Shown one piece after another: positions 29,902 through 40,336 of a DNA stretch of 64,000 bases (positions are counted from its first letter, which is position 1; every line of letters starts with the position of its first letter). The notes under the pieces were generated by a model. That model was not told the DNA's origin. It saw nothing but the letters and a program-made list of their open reading frames with translations, and did not search any database. Origin of the DNA: a virus; IMG/VR virus record IMGVR_UViG_3300045988_079560, one strand, 5' to 3'. The translations under genes and the position numbers were made by a program.

Positions 29902-30119
29902 TCATCAAAATCAGGTAAGTACGCTTCCAATTCCTCATAGGTTACTTCTGGAAGTATGTTTGCAATAATCGCCCTTGCGGAGTTCTTTGTATGACCGTGT
30001 TCCCTATATACATAGTCAATGAGATTTTTGATTAAATCATAAGTGAAATGATCCTCAATGCAGCCGGGAAACTGTTCTTTTAAGTAGTTCATAAATACTT
30101 CTAATTTATCTTTGTTCAT
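29883..30119 (-). CDS. Hypothetical protein
   Basis: ORF. Confidence 0.5.
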   Translation of the reverse strand: MNKDKLEVFMNYLKEQFPGCIEDHFTYDLIKNLIDYVYREHGHTKNSARAIIANILPEVTYEELEAYLPDFDEWEAEL

Positions 30120-30168
30120 GTGTTACCTCCATATTACAACGTGTTACATATCGTTACAATGTAACGGA

Positions 30169-30534
30169 TTAGATTAAAATACTCTCAATCAATCGGCGGT
30201 TTCCGGGTGTAACCTCTCCGCCATAGTTGGAAACGGTCAAGATCAGGTCAATGGCTGTTCTCAATCCTCGAAGCTCGGCAGATACCCGGCTGCGCTCATT
30301 GTGGTAATTCTTCAACGCCTCACGCTGAATAGGAAGCTCAATAGAAAGCTCAAAACGTGTGCGGCGTGGTGTGGATGGATTGTTATAGGTGCGATCCATT
30401 GCATCAATGGCAGCCATGCGGCGATCCTCTTCAATGCTCATGCGCTTTTCTGTTGCTTCAAGGCTTGACACCTTGGCCTGCAGTAATTCAAAACTGCTCA
30501 TACCGTTCTCAATTCTCAATGCTGTATTATTCAT
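30169..30534 (-). CDS. Hypothetical coiled-coil protein
   Basis: ORF. Confidence 0.5.
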   Translation of the reverse strand: MNNTALRIENGMSSFELLQAKVSSLEATEKRMSIEEDRRMAAIDAMDRTYNNPSTPRRTRFELSIELPIQREALKNYHNERSRVSAELRGLRTAIDLILTVSNYGGEVTPGNRRLIESILI

Positions 30535-30562
30535 GGTTTCTTATCCTCCTAAACTCAATATG

Positions 30563-31138
30563 TTATGCTGTGACTACTTCATAATTTGCCGGAATCCTGG
30601 TTACTGGCATATAACGGCCGGATGATTGGCAGAACCAGAAAGGGCGTTTGAACTGATACGCTGCGGCGTGTTTCAATAGTTCAATGCTTTCCCCAGTGTG
30701 GAGAGTAAAGCGGATCACTGCGTCGACAGGTAAATTTTTCAATGCGTGCGGATCTTTCTTTGCTTCAATGTTCTTTCTGCATCTCTCCCGCCAGTTGTTG
30801 GCATATTCTGAATCAGTAGGGGAGAGAAGAGAGAGGATAGAGGCGGGACAATGATCCTCACATGGTCCCATGCTTTCTTCCATCGTCTTAACTCCGAAGT
30901 TGAAATAATCCCGGCTGTTGGTGTGCGTCAATGCAACGGCGGCGAATGTCTCAGCCTCTCCGGTGCTCAATATGGTTACTTTTACGGCTGCGTAATATGT
31001 AGCCCCAACCATGCAAGAGCGGACAACCTCATATTTTTTCGTGTCGTTCTGCCAGGTGTAAAGCTCGTCAATTTCTGCCTTTTTGTCAATAGCTCCGGTT
31101 CTGGTGTAGTGTGTTGCGTGTGTATAATCCCATCCCAT
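30563..31138 (-). CDS. Hypothetical protein
   Basis: MGWDYTHATHYTRTGAIDKKAEIDELYTWQND. Confidence 0.6.
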   Translation of the reverse strand: MGWDYTHATHYTRTGAIDKKAEIDELYTWQNDTKKYEVVRSCMVGATYYAAVKVTILSTGEAETFAAVALTHTNSRDYFNFGVKTMEESMGPCEDHCPASILSLLSPTDSEYANNWRERCRKNIEAKKDPHALKNLPVDAVIRFTLHTGESIELLKHAAAYQFKRPFWFCQSSGRYMPVTRIPANYEVVTA

Positions 31139-31193
31139 GGTATAAACCTCCTTAAAATCTGATTTTCTCAATACTCCGGCGGAGCGGCGGGCG

Positions 31194-31577
31194 TTATGCC
31201 TGCCAACATCCGCAACGTTCACAAAGCGAATTAGGGGCGGCAGGCTCTCCGAATATATACCGGCGGATCTGCTCTTTCATTGTGTCCGGGATAAGTCGCG
31301 CCCAGTTGGTAGCGTTTCGCCAACGATTCACGGCACGCGCTGCACTGTATAACCTCGCCTGCGCTTCCTTGTCAAGATTGAAAACCTCGATCAATGTAGA
31401 TACAGAACTGTTTTCGCGGTCGGAGACTTCACGCGCATAATTTACATGATTCTTTCTCTCTGTGATGGTCTCAAAAGGTCCCTTATAAAGGTTTTTTGCG
31501 CTCCTGCAGTATTCATTGTAGGCCTCATTACAGGCAGCTACCGCATCAATAAGCCTTTCTATGTCAATATTCATCAT
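31194..31577 (-). CDS. Hypothetical protein
   Basis: ORF. Confidence 0.45.
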   Translation of the reverse strand: MMNIDIERLIDAVAACNEAYNEYCRSAKNLYKGPFETITERKNHVNYAREVSDRENSSVSTLIEVFNLDKEAQARLYSAARAVNRWRNATNWARLIPDTMKEQIRRYIFGEPAAPNSLCERCGCWQA

Positions 31578-31591
31578 TGTTATATACCTCC

Positions 31592-31975
31592 TTATAAACC
31601 GTAATAAGAGCGAAGAGCGGAAAGCGTCGGGGCGGTGTGGTTTGTCATACCATGACCGAAACAAGCACCCCATAAAGTGCGGTTAATGCGGAAAAAGTGC
31701 AGGACTTCAAAACCATGAGAACCAAGAACGCCGCGCCCGTCAAGTTCAATATAATAATTCCCGGCTGACTCTCTTTTAAGCTGCGGCTTTTCCTTGTAGC
31801 CCTCCACCGGTTCGCGGTGTTTCTCCAGGCGGACGGTTCCGCCGCAGTTCTCCCGGTACTCTTTAAGGCTCCGCCGTGCGTCTGCCCTTGTGTATTCGCT
31901 GTTTTCACAATCCCAACCGTAGCCGTAGTTTGTCATAATGTCCCAACGGTCGCGGGTTTTTCTCTGATATGCCAT
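31592..31975 (-). CDS. Hypothetical protein
   Basis: ORF. Confidence 0.45.
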   Translation of the reverse strand: MAYQRKTRDRWDIMTNYGYGWDCENSEYTRADARRSLKEYRENCGGTVRLEKHREPVEGYKEKPQLKRESAGNYYIELDGRGVLGSHGFEVLHFFRINRTLWGACFGHGMTNHTAPTLSALRSYYGL

Positions 31976-31993
31976 GATATAACGCCCCCTTTA

Positions 31994-32290
31994 TCAATAA
32001 ACCTGATCGAAGTTTAAAATAGTTAAATTGTTTTCATGCGCCCAAGTGTAAGCACAGATTTTTGAACCGTCCCACACATCGGAAGTTTTAGGAACTAAAC
32101 CGGCGGATCTCAAAAGATGCCAAGCCTCGCCCCACTCGCCGCAGGTGCTACCGCCGTTATACTCTGCTTCTCCTACGCGGTAGAGCTTGCCGGACTTGAT
32201 ACCGTAAACGGTCAATTTATATGTTGTGGTTCCGTACATCTTGGAACGCTTCACGACGTCTTTTTTATAGTAATATGATTTATTTTTCAT
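31994..32290 (-). CDS. Hypothetical protein
   Basis: ORF. Confidence 0.5.
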   Translation of the reverse strand: MKNKSYYYKKDVVKRSKMYGTTTYKLTVYGIKSGKLYRVGEAEYNGGSTCGEWGEAWHLLRSAGLVPKTSDVWDGSKICAYTWAHENNLTILNFDQVY

Positions 32291-32349
32291 GGTGTAAGCC
32301 TCCTATATTTGAGAGGGAGCACCCCGGAGGGTGCGCGCCTCGTGGTTGT

Positions 32350-32757
32350 CTATTTTGCGTTTTTCTTCAATTCTCTATAAAACAAGTAGCAAGTTGTTTT
32401 TTCTGCCTGCTCGGTTGTGTATTTGGCTTTTTCTGCCTCGGTCTGCTCTAACAAATTCCCTAAGTAGTCCAGCGCGTCCCCATGATAGAAAACATCATCA
32501 GCAACGCTAAACGCTGTCGGAAGTCCCTGCATCCAGTCCATGAAAAGATCCTGGGCGGAGATGCGGCCGGCTTTATATTGACAGTCATTTTTTACTTTCT
32601 CAATATAGAAAGCGCTCATAATATCTTTACACATTCCGGCATAGTCGGAAGCCATCTCGCGACCCTCAAAACCGTAATACTCGCCGCTGTCCTTGTAACA
32701 CTCAATAATAATATTTTTGATTTTCTCATTTACTGCTTTAGAATTAGTTTTTAACAT
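32350..32757 (-). CDS. Hypothetical protein
   Basis: ORF. Confidence 0.5.
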   Translation of the reverse strand: MLKTNSKAVNEKIKNIIIECYKDSGEYYGFEGREMASDYAGMCKDIMSAFYIEKVKNDCQYKAGRISAQDLFMDWMQGLPTAFSVADDVFYHGDALDYLGNLLEQTEAEKAKYTTEQAEKTTCYLFYRELKKNAK

Positions 32758-33714
32758 GGTCTTTCCCTCTCTTTTCTGTTGTTCCATCCGGGAAAGCCTG
32801 TTATAATAGGAGACAAGCCCCGGAGGGGTGGCGGCGGTCCGTGTCGCTTGGTAGGTGTAGCGGATCGCCCTTTTTTATTTGGTTCTCAATAGTCGTTTAC
32901 GTCAGACTTGCAGACGGCGGCTTGTCGGGGGTTCGCCCGGGCCATTCCCTTTTATGCTGCGTGTATATGGTCAACTCGTTCCAGCCATCGCCCCGGCTCA
33001 ATAGTTCCGGAGCGGTTCCCGCTTTCCCCTGGGAGCGTCGGGGGCGTTAATCATTGTTAAAGTGCTAACTGCTTTCACTCGATGCCGGGCCGGTTTTATA
33101 CCGCTTTCCCGATCTCGTGCGGTTCTGAAAGTTTCAAAGTGCTTTCATACTTCCAATAACTTAATTATCTTTTTTATATGTGCGGTGTGAATTGGTACAC
33201 CCTAGCACAGGTTTACAATTTTCCTTTTGCCTGATATATGCACTCATTACCACAGGGGCAGCCCTCACAGGAGATACAAGCCGGAGGCGGTGGGGCGTGT
33301 GTTTCGGTCTCGTCTTAATAAGTGCCGCGCCGCCGTTGCCTTGGTCCGGGTTGATTCCCTTGGTCCGGTCTGCGGTGCGTTGTTCTTTTGGGGTACACCG
33401 TGCGCCCTTGCCTGCGCTTGTTTGTTTTATTGAACGTCCGGCGGTTCGTTGTTGTCCGTTGCGGTTCGTTCTTTATGCTTGTATTGTAAAGCGTATTCTT
33501 TACAAAGTCAAGCGGAAAATTTACAAATTATTGCGGTTTGTGAAATATGTATAGCCGACTAAACAAAATAGGGGCGGTTTGTTGTGTAAATTGTACACTT
33601 TACAAAGTGCAAGAAAAACCCGGCGCAGTGTTTACCATGTAAACGGCAGACTTGACAGGCGGCGCAGATTCCTATATATTATAGGGGTATAGAATAGAAA
33701 GGAGGGCGGAGCCG

Positions 33715-33945
33715 GTGCGGTTGAGTTTTGGCGAAAAAATGCGCGTTATGATGAAACGGCGCGGGGTGTCGGTGCAAGAGGTGGCGGATCGTCTGGGCGT
33801 GTCCCGGCAGAACGTAAACCAGAGACTAAACGCCGATAAATTCACGCTTGACGATATGGAGAAATACGCCGCCGCCATTGGTTGCGGAATTGAAATAGAA
33901 ATAACAGAGCCGCCGGAGGGCGGAGCAGATCCACATATAAAATAA
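33715..33945 (+). CDS. XRE-family HTH regulator
   Basis: GVSVQEVADRLGVSRQNVNQRLNADKFTLDDMEKYAAAIG. Confidence 0.85.
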   Translation: MRLSFGEKMRVMMKRRGVSVQEVADRLGVSRQNVNQRLNADKFTLDDMEKYAAAIGCGIEIEITEPPEGGADPHIK

Positions 33946-34081
33946 ATAAGGATAGCCGAAAAAGTAGAACGTAGGGCACAGAGAGAAGCACAAGAAAGCT
34001 TTTCCCGGTGTCCTTTTTATTTTGCCCGTGTGACAGCGTAGGACCGCCACAGAGGCCACAGAGGAAAGGAGGGCGCAGAAG

Positions 34082-34711
34082 ATGGCAGCAGAGAAGAAAG
34101 AAACAGCACAGAGAGACGAGAACGGAGTCAGGAAGCAGAGCTATAAACGTTTTAAGGCTGGGCGAGATTATGAAGAGATAGAGACGGCGCAGGCGGTGGC
34201 ATTGTGTGAAATGATGCTTGACGGATTCAGAGCGGCAACCAAGGAAGCGGAAAAGGGGAAAGGAGGGAGACCCCGGAAGCTGGAGACCGTGGAAGAGTTT
34301 AGAGAGATAGCAGAAAACTATATAAATTATATTAAAGAAAGAGCTTTACAAGGTGTTAGGCTGATTCCTGATGTTGAGGGATTCTGCAGCTTTGCCGGTA
34401 TTTCCCGCGATACTCTGAACGATTGGGAAAGAACCCGCCCCGGCGTGTATTCCGACACAATAAAAATATTAAAGAATAACATAGCCGCATACAAGAAACA
34501 GCTTGCATTTAATGGAGAAATACCGCCGATCGTGTTTGCTACTGATTTTAATAACAATCACGGCTACACCCAGGCGGCGCAGAAAATAGATCTGAATGTA
34601 GGCAAACAGGCGCAGGAGTTACCGACAGCGGCGGACATTGTACAACGTTTACCAGTAGAAACCGGAGGGACAGACCCGGCAGAGGATGCGGAGGACATAG
34701 AAATATTATAA
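34082..34711 (+). CDS. terS: Terminase small subunit-like
   Basis: GGRPRKLETVEEFREIAENYINYIKE...FAGISRDTLNDWERTRPGVYSDTIK. Confidence 0.8.
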   Translation: MAAEKKETAQRDENGVRKQSYKRFKAGRDYEEIETAQAVALCEMMLDGFRAATKEAEKGKGGRPRKLETVEEFREIAENYINYIKERALQGVRLIPDVEGFCSFAGISRDTLNDWERTRPGVYSDTIKILKNNIAAYKKQLAFNGEIPPIVFATDFNNNHGYTQAAQKIDLNVGKQAQELPTAADIVQRLPVETGGTDPAEDAEDIEIL

Positions 34712-35106
34712 AATCGGCGTTTTGCGGTTCGTTTTCTTTTACTTTTACGAACTCGGGCAGATCCGGCGGCGGTTGGTAGGATGCCAGGGCGCAGAGGCCC
34801 GGCAGCTTATACCCTGGGGCGGGGGTTTGTGGCGGATCGTTCCCGGGGCAACTCACCCCTCTGAGTTCCCGAAAAATTAAAAAGCCAAAAACCACCCCAA
34901 TCGTAAAATGGCAAATAACCATATTACCGTAAACCACCCAATTTACAATGTAAGTATAAACACGGCATCCGAATAACAAAAGGAAAGTGAGGGCTTTACA
35001 AAACCACAAAATCCAAAATCGGCGGATGCCTACCGGCATAGAAAGAGAGAAATATGGAACAGAACAAAGAAACAGCAACACAGAATAAGCAGAGAGAGGC
35101 GGAAGT

Positions 35107-35409
35107 ATGCAGAGAGAAGAAACAGACCGCATGGGACAAATGGAAAGAGGACACACTGCGGAAGTTCAACCGGACTGCATGACAGAGGCATACACCGTAG
35201 GAATCTCTGAAACGCATATCAGAAACAATGCAACGGTATTCCGAGTATGGCAGATGATAGAGCGCGGAGAACTTACCAGAGAAGAGGGATTGTACCTCAT
35301 GGTAAATACGCTTGCAGATGAAAACCATCGTCTGAATCAAATGTGTAATAACCTCATAATGAGGATGCCGTCACGTCTGCTCGTAGAAACAATAACAGGC
35401 AAAAATTAA
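35107..35409 (+). CDS. Hypothetical protein
   Basis: ORF. Confidence 0.45.
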   Translation: MQREETDRMGQMERGHTAEVQPDCMTEAYTVGISETHIRNNATVFRVWQMIERGELTREEGLYLMVNTLADENHRLNQMCNNLIMRMPSRLLVETITGKN

Positions 35410-35449
35410 AAATCGGCGGAGGCTTACGCCTCATAGGAGGTAAAATCGG

Positions 35450-35695
35450 ATGAACGATGAAAACAGCAATTCCCAAAATTCCCCGGAAAATAAAAAGAGG
35501 TCTTGGCACAAGGAACCGTGGTATAAAAGGCTATTCGACAAGATTTTAGTATCGTGTTTTCTTCCGTGCAAGCATGAGTGGGAAGTGTTGGAAGTCCTCT
35601 GGACGGCACATGATTACAGCGGCTTTAAGTACGATGTATGCAGATGTGGGTGTAAGAAATGCGGAGAGATAAGAATTGAGAAATTTTTAGTGTAA
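35450..35695 (+). CDS. Hypothetical Cys-containing protein
   Basis: ORF. Confidence 0.5.
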   Translation: MNDENSNSQNSPENKKRSWHKEPWYKRLFDKILVSCFLPCKHEWEVLEVLWTAHDYSGFKYDVCRCGCKKCGEIRIEKFLV

Positions 35696-35712
35696 AAGAC
35701 GGAGGTAGAGAG

Positions 35713-36009
35713 ATGGTAAAGACGGTTGTTGCGGTTATCGTAGGGTTAGTTTTGCTCAATACAGCGTGGTTTGTATTGAAAATTGTGATTCTGATAGTGG
35801 CAGAGAGAAGAGAATACGAAAAATACAGATACAAAAGCCCTTATCAGTCTCCACACAGAGAGGCTTTTATTATGGAGTGCTCAGACCCGAATAGCAGTCC
35901 ATACGCAAGGCAGTTGGATAAGTGCATCAAAAAGATGGATAGGGAACAGAAACGCATAGCGAAAATCAAATTGAAATCAGACAAGAAACTGTCGAATATG
36001 AGCATTTAG
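35713..36009 (+). CDS. Small membrane protein
   Basis: N-terminal TM. Confidence 0.5.
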   Translation: MVKTVVAVIVGLVLLNTAWFVLKIVILIVAERREYEKYRYKSPYQSPHREAFIMECSDPNSSPYARQLDKCIKKMDREQKRIAKIKLKSDKKLSNMSI

Positions 36010-36272
36010 AGAATTTTGACGTATCGGAGGATGTGCGAAATGGATAGACCGGTAGAAATCACAAGAAGCTATGCAGAATGCAAATTCTGTAACGATATTG
36101 CTGATATGTGCAATGAGATACCAGATTGTACTCACTGTGAGAATAGAAAAGGAACATGGATAGATACAATCACGAGCCTGCTTGGCACAAAAGCGGTTGT
36201 CGTTCTGGAAGATGGCAAAGTGGAGACATATCCACTGGATAGACTTAAAGTTATCACAAAGAGGGAGAGATA

Positions 36273-36542
36273 ATGAAAATTATTGAAGAAATTGGCGAAG
36301 CTGCAATGTTGGAACAGCTTGCAGAGGAATGTACCGAACTTGCAAAGGCAGCACTCAAAATGGCAAGGATCATACGAAAAGAGAATCCGACACCTGTAAC
36401 AGAGAAAGATGCTATTGCAAATATCAGAGAAGAGTACACGGATGTCGTACAGTGTGCCGGAGAACTTTCATAGACAGTAGATGAGGAACAGATGGCACGC
36501 AAACACGAACGGTGGGAAAAGAGAGTGAGGGATAGAACATGA
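36273..36542 (+). CDS. MazG-like protein interrupted by an in-frame TAG at 36471-36473
   Basis: QLAEECTELAKAALKMARI...NIREEYTDVVQCAGELS*TVDEEQMARKHERWEKRVRDRT. Confidence 0.65.
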
Positions 36543-36835
36543 TACCATTCAGGCATTGCATAAGGGAACCGCACGGATCGGCAGTGAAATTTGAGATACT
36601 GGCAGCAGCACCGAATGAGTTTCAGGTACGTTACCCAGATTATGATTACATTAAAATGGGAGTCGGACCATCAGTGATGTATAACAGAGAACAATTACTG
36701 TGTTTCCTACTGACATATGACAAGGCAGAGTGCCTTGAATTTATGGAAAAACTGTATCATCACATGGGATGGCCTACTGAAAAGTTGCATGAGAATCCGG
36801 CGTTTGCCGAAGTGATAAAGGAGAAAGAGACATGA
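36539..36835 (+). CDS. Hypothetical protein
   Basis: ORF. Confidence 0.45.
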   Translation: MIPFRHCIREPHGSAVKFEILAAAPNEFQVRYPDYDYIKMGVGPSVMYNREQLLCFLLTYDKAECLEFMEKLYHHMGWPTEKLHENPAFAEVIKEKET

Positions 36836-37038
36836 TAGCACGTTTCTTACAGGATATTGTCGTAAACGACATTGAGAAGAATATGGAAATGACCATTGAC
36901 AAGGGGGAAGAACTCTTTGCCATCGACAGAGGAACCCATTATGAACTGAGAAAGGCTGACGGATGGGGAACTATGGCTCCGAAAGAGTGTGAGGGCGAAT
37001 ATTATGAGATCATCAAATGATTTTTACAAGGAGAAACC

Positions 37039-37236
37039 ATGAAAACAGAACGATATGTATGCGACCGATGCGGTGCAGAAATAGATGGGAAGAACGGAAG
37101 TATGCTTCACAAGAAGTGGCTGAATATACATGGTCTCCATGCCAAGGACGGATTTCTGGACGGAGTAACAAATATAGATTTATGCCCTAAATGTAGGAAA
37201 AGTTTTGAGAGATGGATGAGAAATGGAGGGGATTGA
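37039..37236 (+). CDS. Small zinc-finger protein
   Basis: YVCDRCGAEI...DLCPKCRKSF. Confidence 0.6.
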   Translation: MKTERYVCDRCGAEIDGKNGSMLHKKWLNIHGLHAKDGFLDGVTNIDLCPKCRKSFERWMRNGGD

Positions 37237-37239
37237 ACC

Positions 37240-37563
37240 ATGCATGAGACCAAACCACAGCTCTTTATCATGGATGAATGGCTCGGAGATCCCATACCGC
37301 TTGCGGAAATTAAGGAAATATCTGAACCTACACTGGATGAAGAGTATGATATGCCGGATATTTCTCATCTGAAAGAGGGATTTGAAATACCTTTTGAAGT
37401 GAAAATGAAGAAATCTGCCATAAACAAACTGTTTCAACCGTGTTTTGGCAGAGAACCTTACAGGAATCTCGAAAAATGTGCCAAGTGCATACTGAAAAAG
37501 GACTGTGTTGTGGCGAAAATCGAGAACAATTTCAACATGAGATTAAGGGCATACAACCCTTGA
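37240..37563 (+). CDS. Hypothetical protein
   Basis: ORF. Confidence 0.45.
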   Translation: MHETKPQLFIMDEWLGDPIPLAEIKEISEPTLDEEYDMPDISHLKEGFEIPFEVKMKKSAINKLFQPCFGREPYRNLEKCAKCILKKDCVVAKIENNFNMRLRAYNP

Positions 37564-37587
37564 TAATAAATCACAAGGAGGACACCA

Positions 37588-38511
37588 ATGGAAGAGAAAG
37601 AAAAGAAACCGTGGAGACCGCCAGAAGCGGCGCATTTACCAGATCCGATAGCGTTTGCCATGCAGGGTTTTGAACGCTTTGGATTACCGAAAGAACGGCT
37701 GATACCACCATTACAAACATTTGACAGAGTGATGCAACACTCGGCATTTACCGAAAACCGATGGTGGGAAAATGCAAGACAGGTAACGGCAACATCATCG
37801 GCAGAACAGTGGCGGAGAGTGAGCATCGAAAGAGCACGCTGTCTCGGAGAACCATGGCCGGATTTTGATGATATACCGGTTGCGAGTATCACAGAGGATT
37901 TTTCACAGAAATGTCAAAATGCCACAATCGGATTGTTAAGAGATCAGGTTATAGCGTCATGCGCTATTCCGGGAGAAACATCGTTTAGAGACATTTTTAA
38001 CCAGTTAGGTATTAAGGAGGACAATATGGATAGAAGTTTAGCGGACAAGAAATTTAAGAGAGTAACTATTGAGTGCGAGGACGGCACGACTTACGCTGGA
38101 AAGATCAATCATGTATGCGGCAGCCCGTATCGTTGTGACAAACTGTGTGTAGAAGCAATGGTTGAGGACAAGCCTATTGGAGCATACGGTATCGAGAAAG
38201 TCCTGTTCCAGAATCCGGCAACAATCGTATTTTGGTCTGACGGCACAAAGACGGTTGTAAACTGCATGGATAATGTGGAAATCAAGAAAAAGGTTGTTGA
38301 TGGCAAGGAAGTAACCATTCGTAAGCCTAAAAAGGCTGATACCTATTCTGAGGAAGCCGGTCTGGCTATGGCTATCGTGAAGAAATGGACCGGCAACAAC
38401 GGAAATTACAACAATATCTTCCGTGAGTTCATTCCTGAGATGGCGCAGGCTGAAAAAGAGGCAAAGAAAGCTGCCAAGAAAGCTAAAAAGGCGCAGAAAT
38501 CGGAGGAATAA
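37588..38511 (+). CDS. Hypothetical protein (two-part: Gp-like N-term, Lys-rich tail)
   Basis: 307 aa ORF. Confidence 0.6.
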   Translation: MEEKEKKPWRPPEAAHLPDPIAFAMQGFERFGLPKERLIPPLQTFDRVMQHSAFTENRWWENARQVTATSSAEQWRRVSIERARCLGEPWPDFDDIPVASITEDFSQKCQNATIGLLRDQVIASCAIPGETSFRDIFNQLGIKEDNMDRSLADKKFKRVTIECEDGTTYAGKINHVCGSPYRCDKLCVEAMVEDKPIGAYGIEKVLFQNPATIVFWSDGTKTVVNCMDNVEIKKKVVDGKEVTIRKPKKADTYSEEAGLAMAIVKKWTGNNGNYNNIFREFIPEMAQAEKEAKKAAKKAKKAQKSEE

Positions 38512-38514
38512 CCA

Positions 38515-38760
38515 ATGACGCTGAGGGAATTTGCCAAGGGGTATGATGGCAACATTATGCTGAAAGCCTTTGAGAATGAGAAATCAACGGCTCCGACAGC
38601 AATTATGATGACTCAGATTACGGATTCTATCAAGGATGAGGTTCTTGACAAAGAAGTATACAGCTACACAATGGTTTGCGCTTCACTGTTTGAACGGTAT
38701 CTGAGAGTGAATTTTGAAGCTGTGCCGGAGATCCCAAACGAAACGGAGGAAACCACATGA
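38515..38760 (+). CDS. Hypothetical protein
   Basis: ORF. Confidence 0.5.
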   Translation: MTLREFAKGYDGNIMLKAFENEKSTAPTAIMMTQITDSIKDEVLDKEVYSYTMVCASLFERYLRVNFEAVPEIPNETEETT

Positions 38761-39377
38761 GAACCTATTTTTTTGACACAGAGTTTACTGGTCTGCGTAA
38801 GGACACAACTCTTATCAGCATAGGAATTGTCTCAGACACAGGAGATAGGTTCTATGCAGAGTTGACGGACTATGATGAGGGTATGTGTGATGAATGGATT
38901 GAGAAGAATGTTCTCGATCATTTGGTTTTGAGTGGCAATGCGGAGTTAGAAGAAAGTCTGGCAGCCGACAATAAAACAACGACTGTAATCGGCAGTAAGG
39001 CAGATGTTTGTTGCGAACTTATGGAATGGCTTGAAATGGACGCTAATTTTGACAGTGATTATGCTGCGGTATTCGTTTCAGATGTCTCACATTACGATAT
39101 GGTGTTACTGATTGACTTATTGGTAGGAAACGCTATGAAGTTGCCTGAGTTTATTACACCGGCTTGTCACGACATCAATCAGGACATTGCAACGATGCTT
39201 GATATTTCAGAAAAGGAAGCTTTCGACATTTCGAGAGAGCAGTTACTTACGGACAGAGGAATTGCTTTGCCGAAAGGTCAGAAACACAATGCACTCTACG
39301 ATGCGGAGGTTATCAAGGCAATCTATGAGGACTTTTTCTCCGTGGGGGGGGTAAAACAGGGAGGTAAGAATGGATAA
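38757..39377 (+). CDS. DEDD 3'-5' exonuclease/exoribonuclease-like (Rv2179c-like)
   Basis: RTYFFDTEFTGLRKDTTLISIGIVSDTGDRFYAE...KHNALYDAEVIKAIYE. Confidence 0.75.
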   Translation: MRTYFFDTEFTGLRKDTTLISIGIVSDTGDRFYAELTDYDEGMCDEWIEKNVLDHLVLSGNAELEESLAADNKTTTVIGSKADVCCELMEWLEMDANFDSDYAAVFVSDVSHYDMVLLIDLLVGNAMKLPEFITPACHDINQDIATMLDISEKEAFDISREQLLTDRGIALPKGQKHNALYDAEVIKAIYEDFFSVGGVKQGGKNG

Positions 39378-39987
39378 GGGACAAATCTTAATGGATTACC
39401 GCTTGGCGAAGAACCATAAGAGACAGATACCCATTCTTGCAGACTTGAATGTGTGCGACACACAGACAATAGTAGAAATTCTGGAAGAGGGCGGCTACAA
39501 GCGTATGTTCAATACGAATGGTGTGGATATTTCCGTGAAGAAAACAGAGATTGAGCAAAAGTATTCTTCCGGGGAATCCATAGCCACCCTTGCAATGGCA
39601 TATCACATTTCAAAGAAACAGATTAAGGTACTTCTCGGAGTAGAAGAGACGGAGGAAAAGGGAATCATGTCTGAGCAGGAAATGATAAAGAAACTCGGAG
39701 AACTTACGAGCGAGGTTGAAAAACTGAAAGCAAACAAGAAATCTCTGGAAGAAAGAAATGCGAAAGTAGAAAAAGAGAATGATAATCTGAGGAAGCAGAT
39801 TGAACAGCTTGAAAGTTTCAATGCAGAGCTGGATGCCACAGTCAAGGAACAGACTGAAATGCTGAATGGTGGAAAATTATATGAGGATTATCAGGAAGTT
39901 TGCATTAAGAACAGCAAGCTCAACGCAACGGTTGATGTTCTGGTAGAGAAAATCAGTATGTTAAAGGCGGTGGGCTGTCATGGATAA
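39370..39987 (+). CDS. Coiled-coil protein
   Basis: ORF. Confidence 0.55.
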   Translation: MDKGQILMDYRLAKNHKRQIPILADLNVCDTQTIVEILEEGGYKRMFNTNGVDISVKKTEIEQKYSSGESIATLAMAYHISKKQIKVLLGVEETEEKGIMSEQEMIKKLGELTSEVEKLKANKKSLEERNAKVEKENDNLRKQIEQLESFNAELDATVKEQTEMLNGGKLYEDYQEVCIKNSKLNATVDVLVEKISMLKAVGCHG

Positions 39988-40336
39988 TGGAATGGAACTC
40001 AGAGTGAAAGATTATTGTGCTTTCTGCCCTGATTTTGAAGCTGACGTTGATAAGGTTGATATTACTGTATTGGCTGATCGTACCCAAAGGGCATTAACCA
40101 CAATCAGATGTGAACACGCCGAAAAGTGCGAAAGAATATATGGGAGAATACAGGAGGGCAGAACCAATGAAACAACGGTGGTACAAAGTAGTGTTTGAAA
40201 CCATTGAGAGAAAACCAATCCGCAGAACTGTTACCGTATGCAGTACGGACAGTGTTCATGCGTCTGCTCTGGTATATCAGCAGTTCGGCAGGAAGAAAAT
40301 CAAGGTAAAATCTGCCAAGAAAGTAAAGGAGAACAC

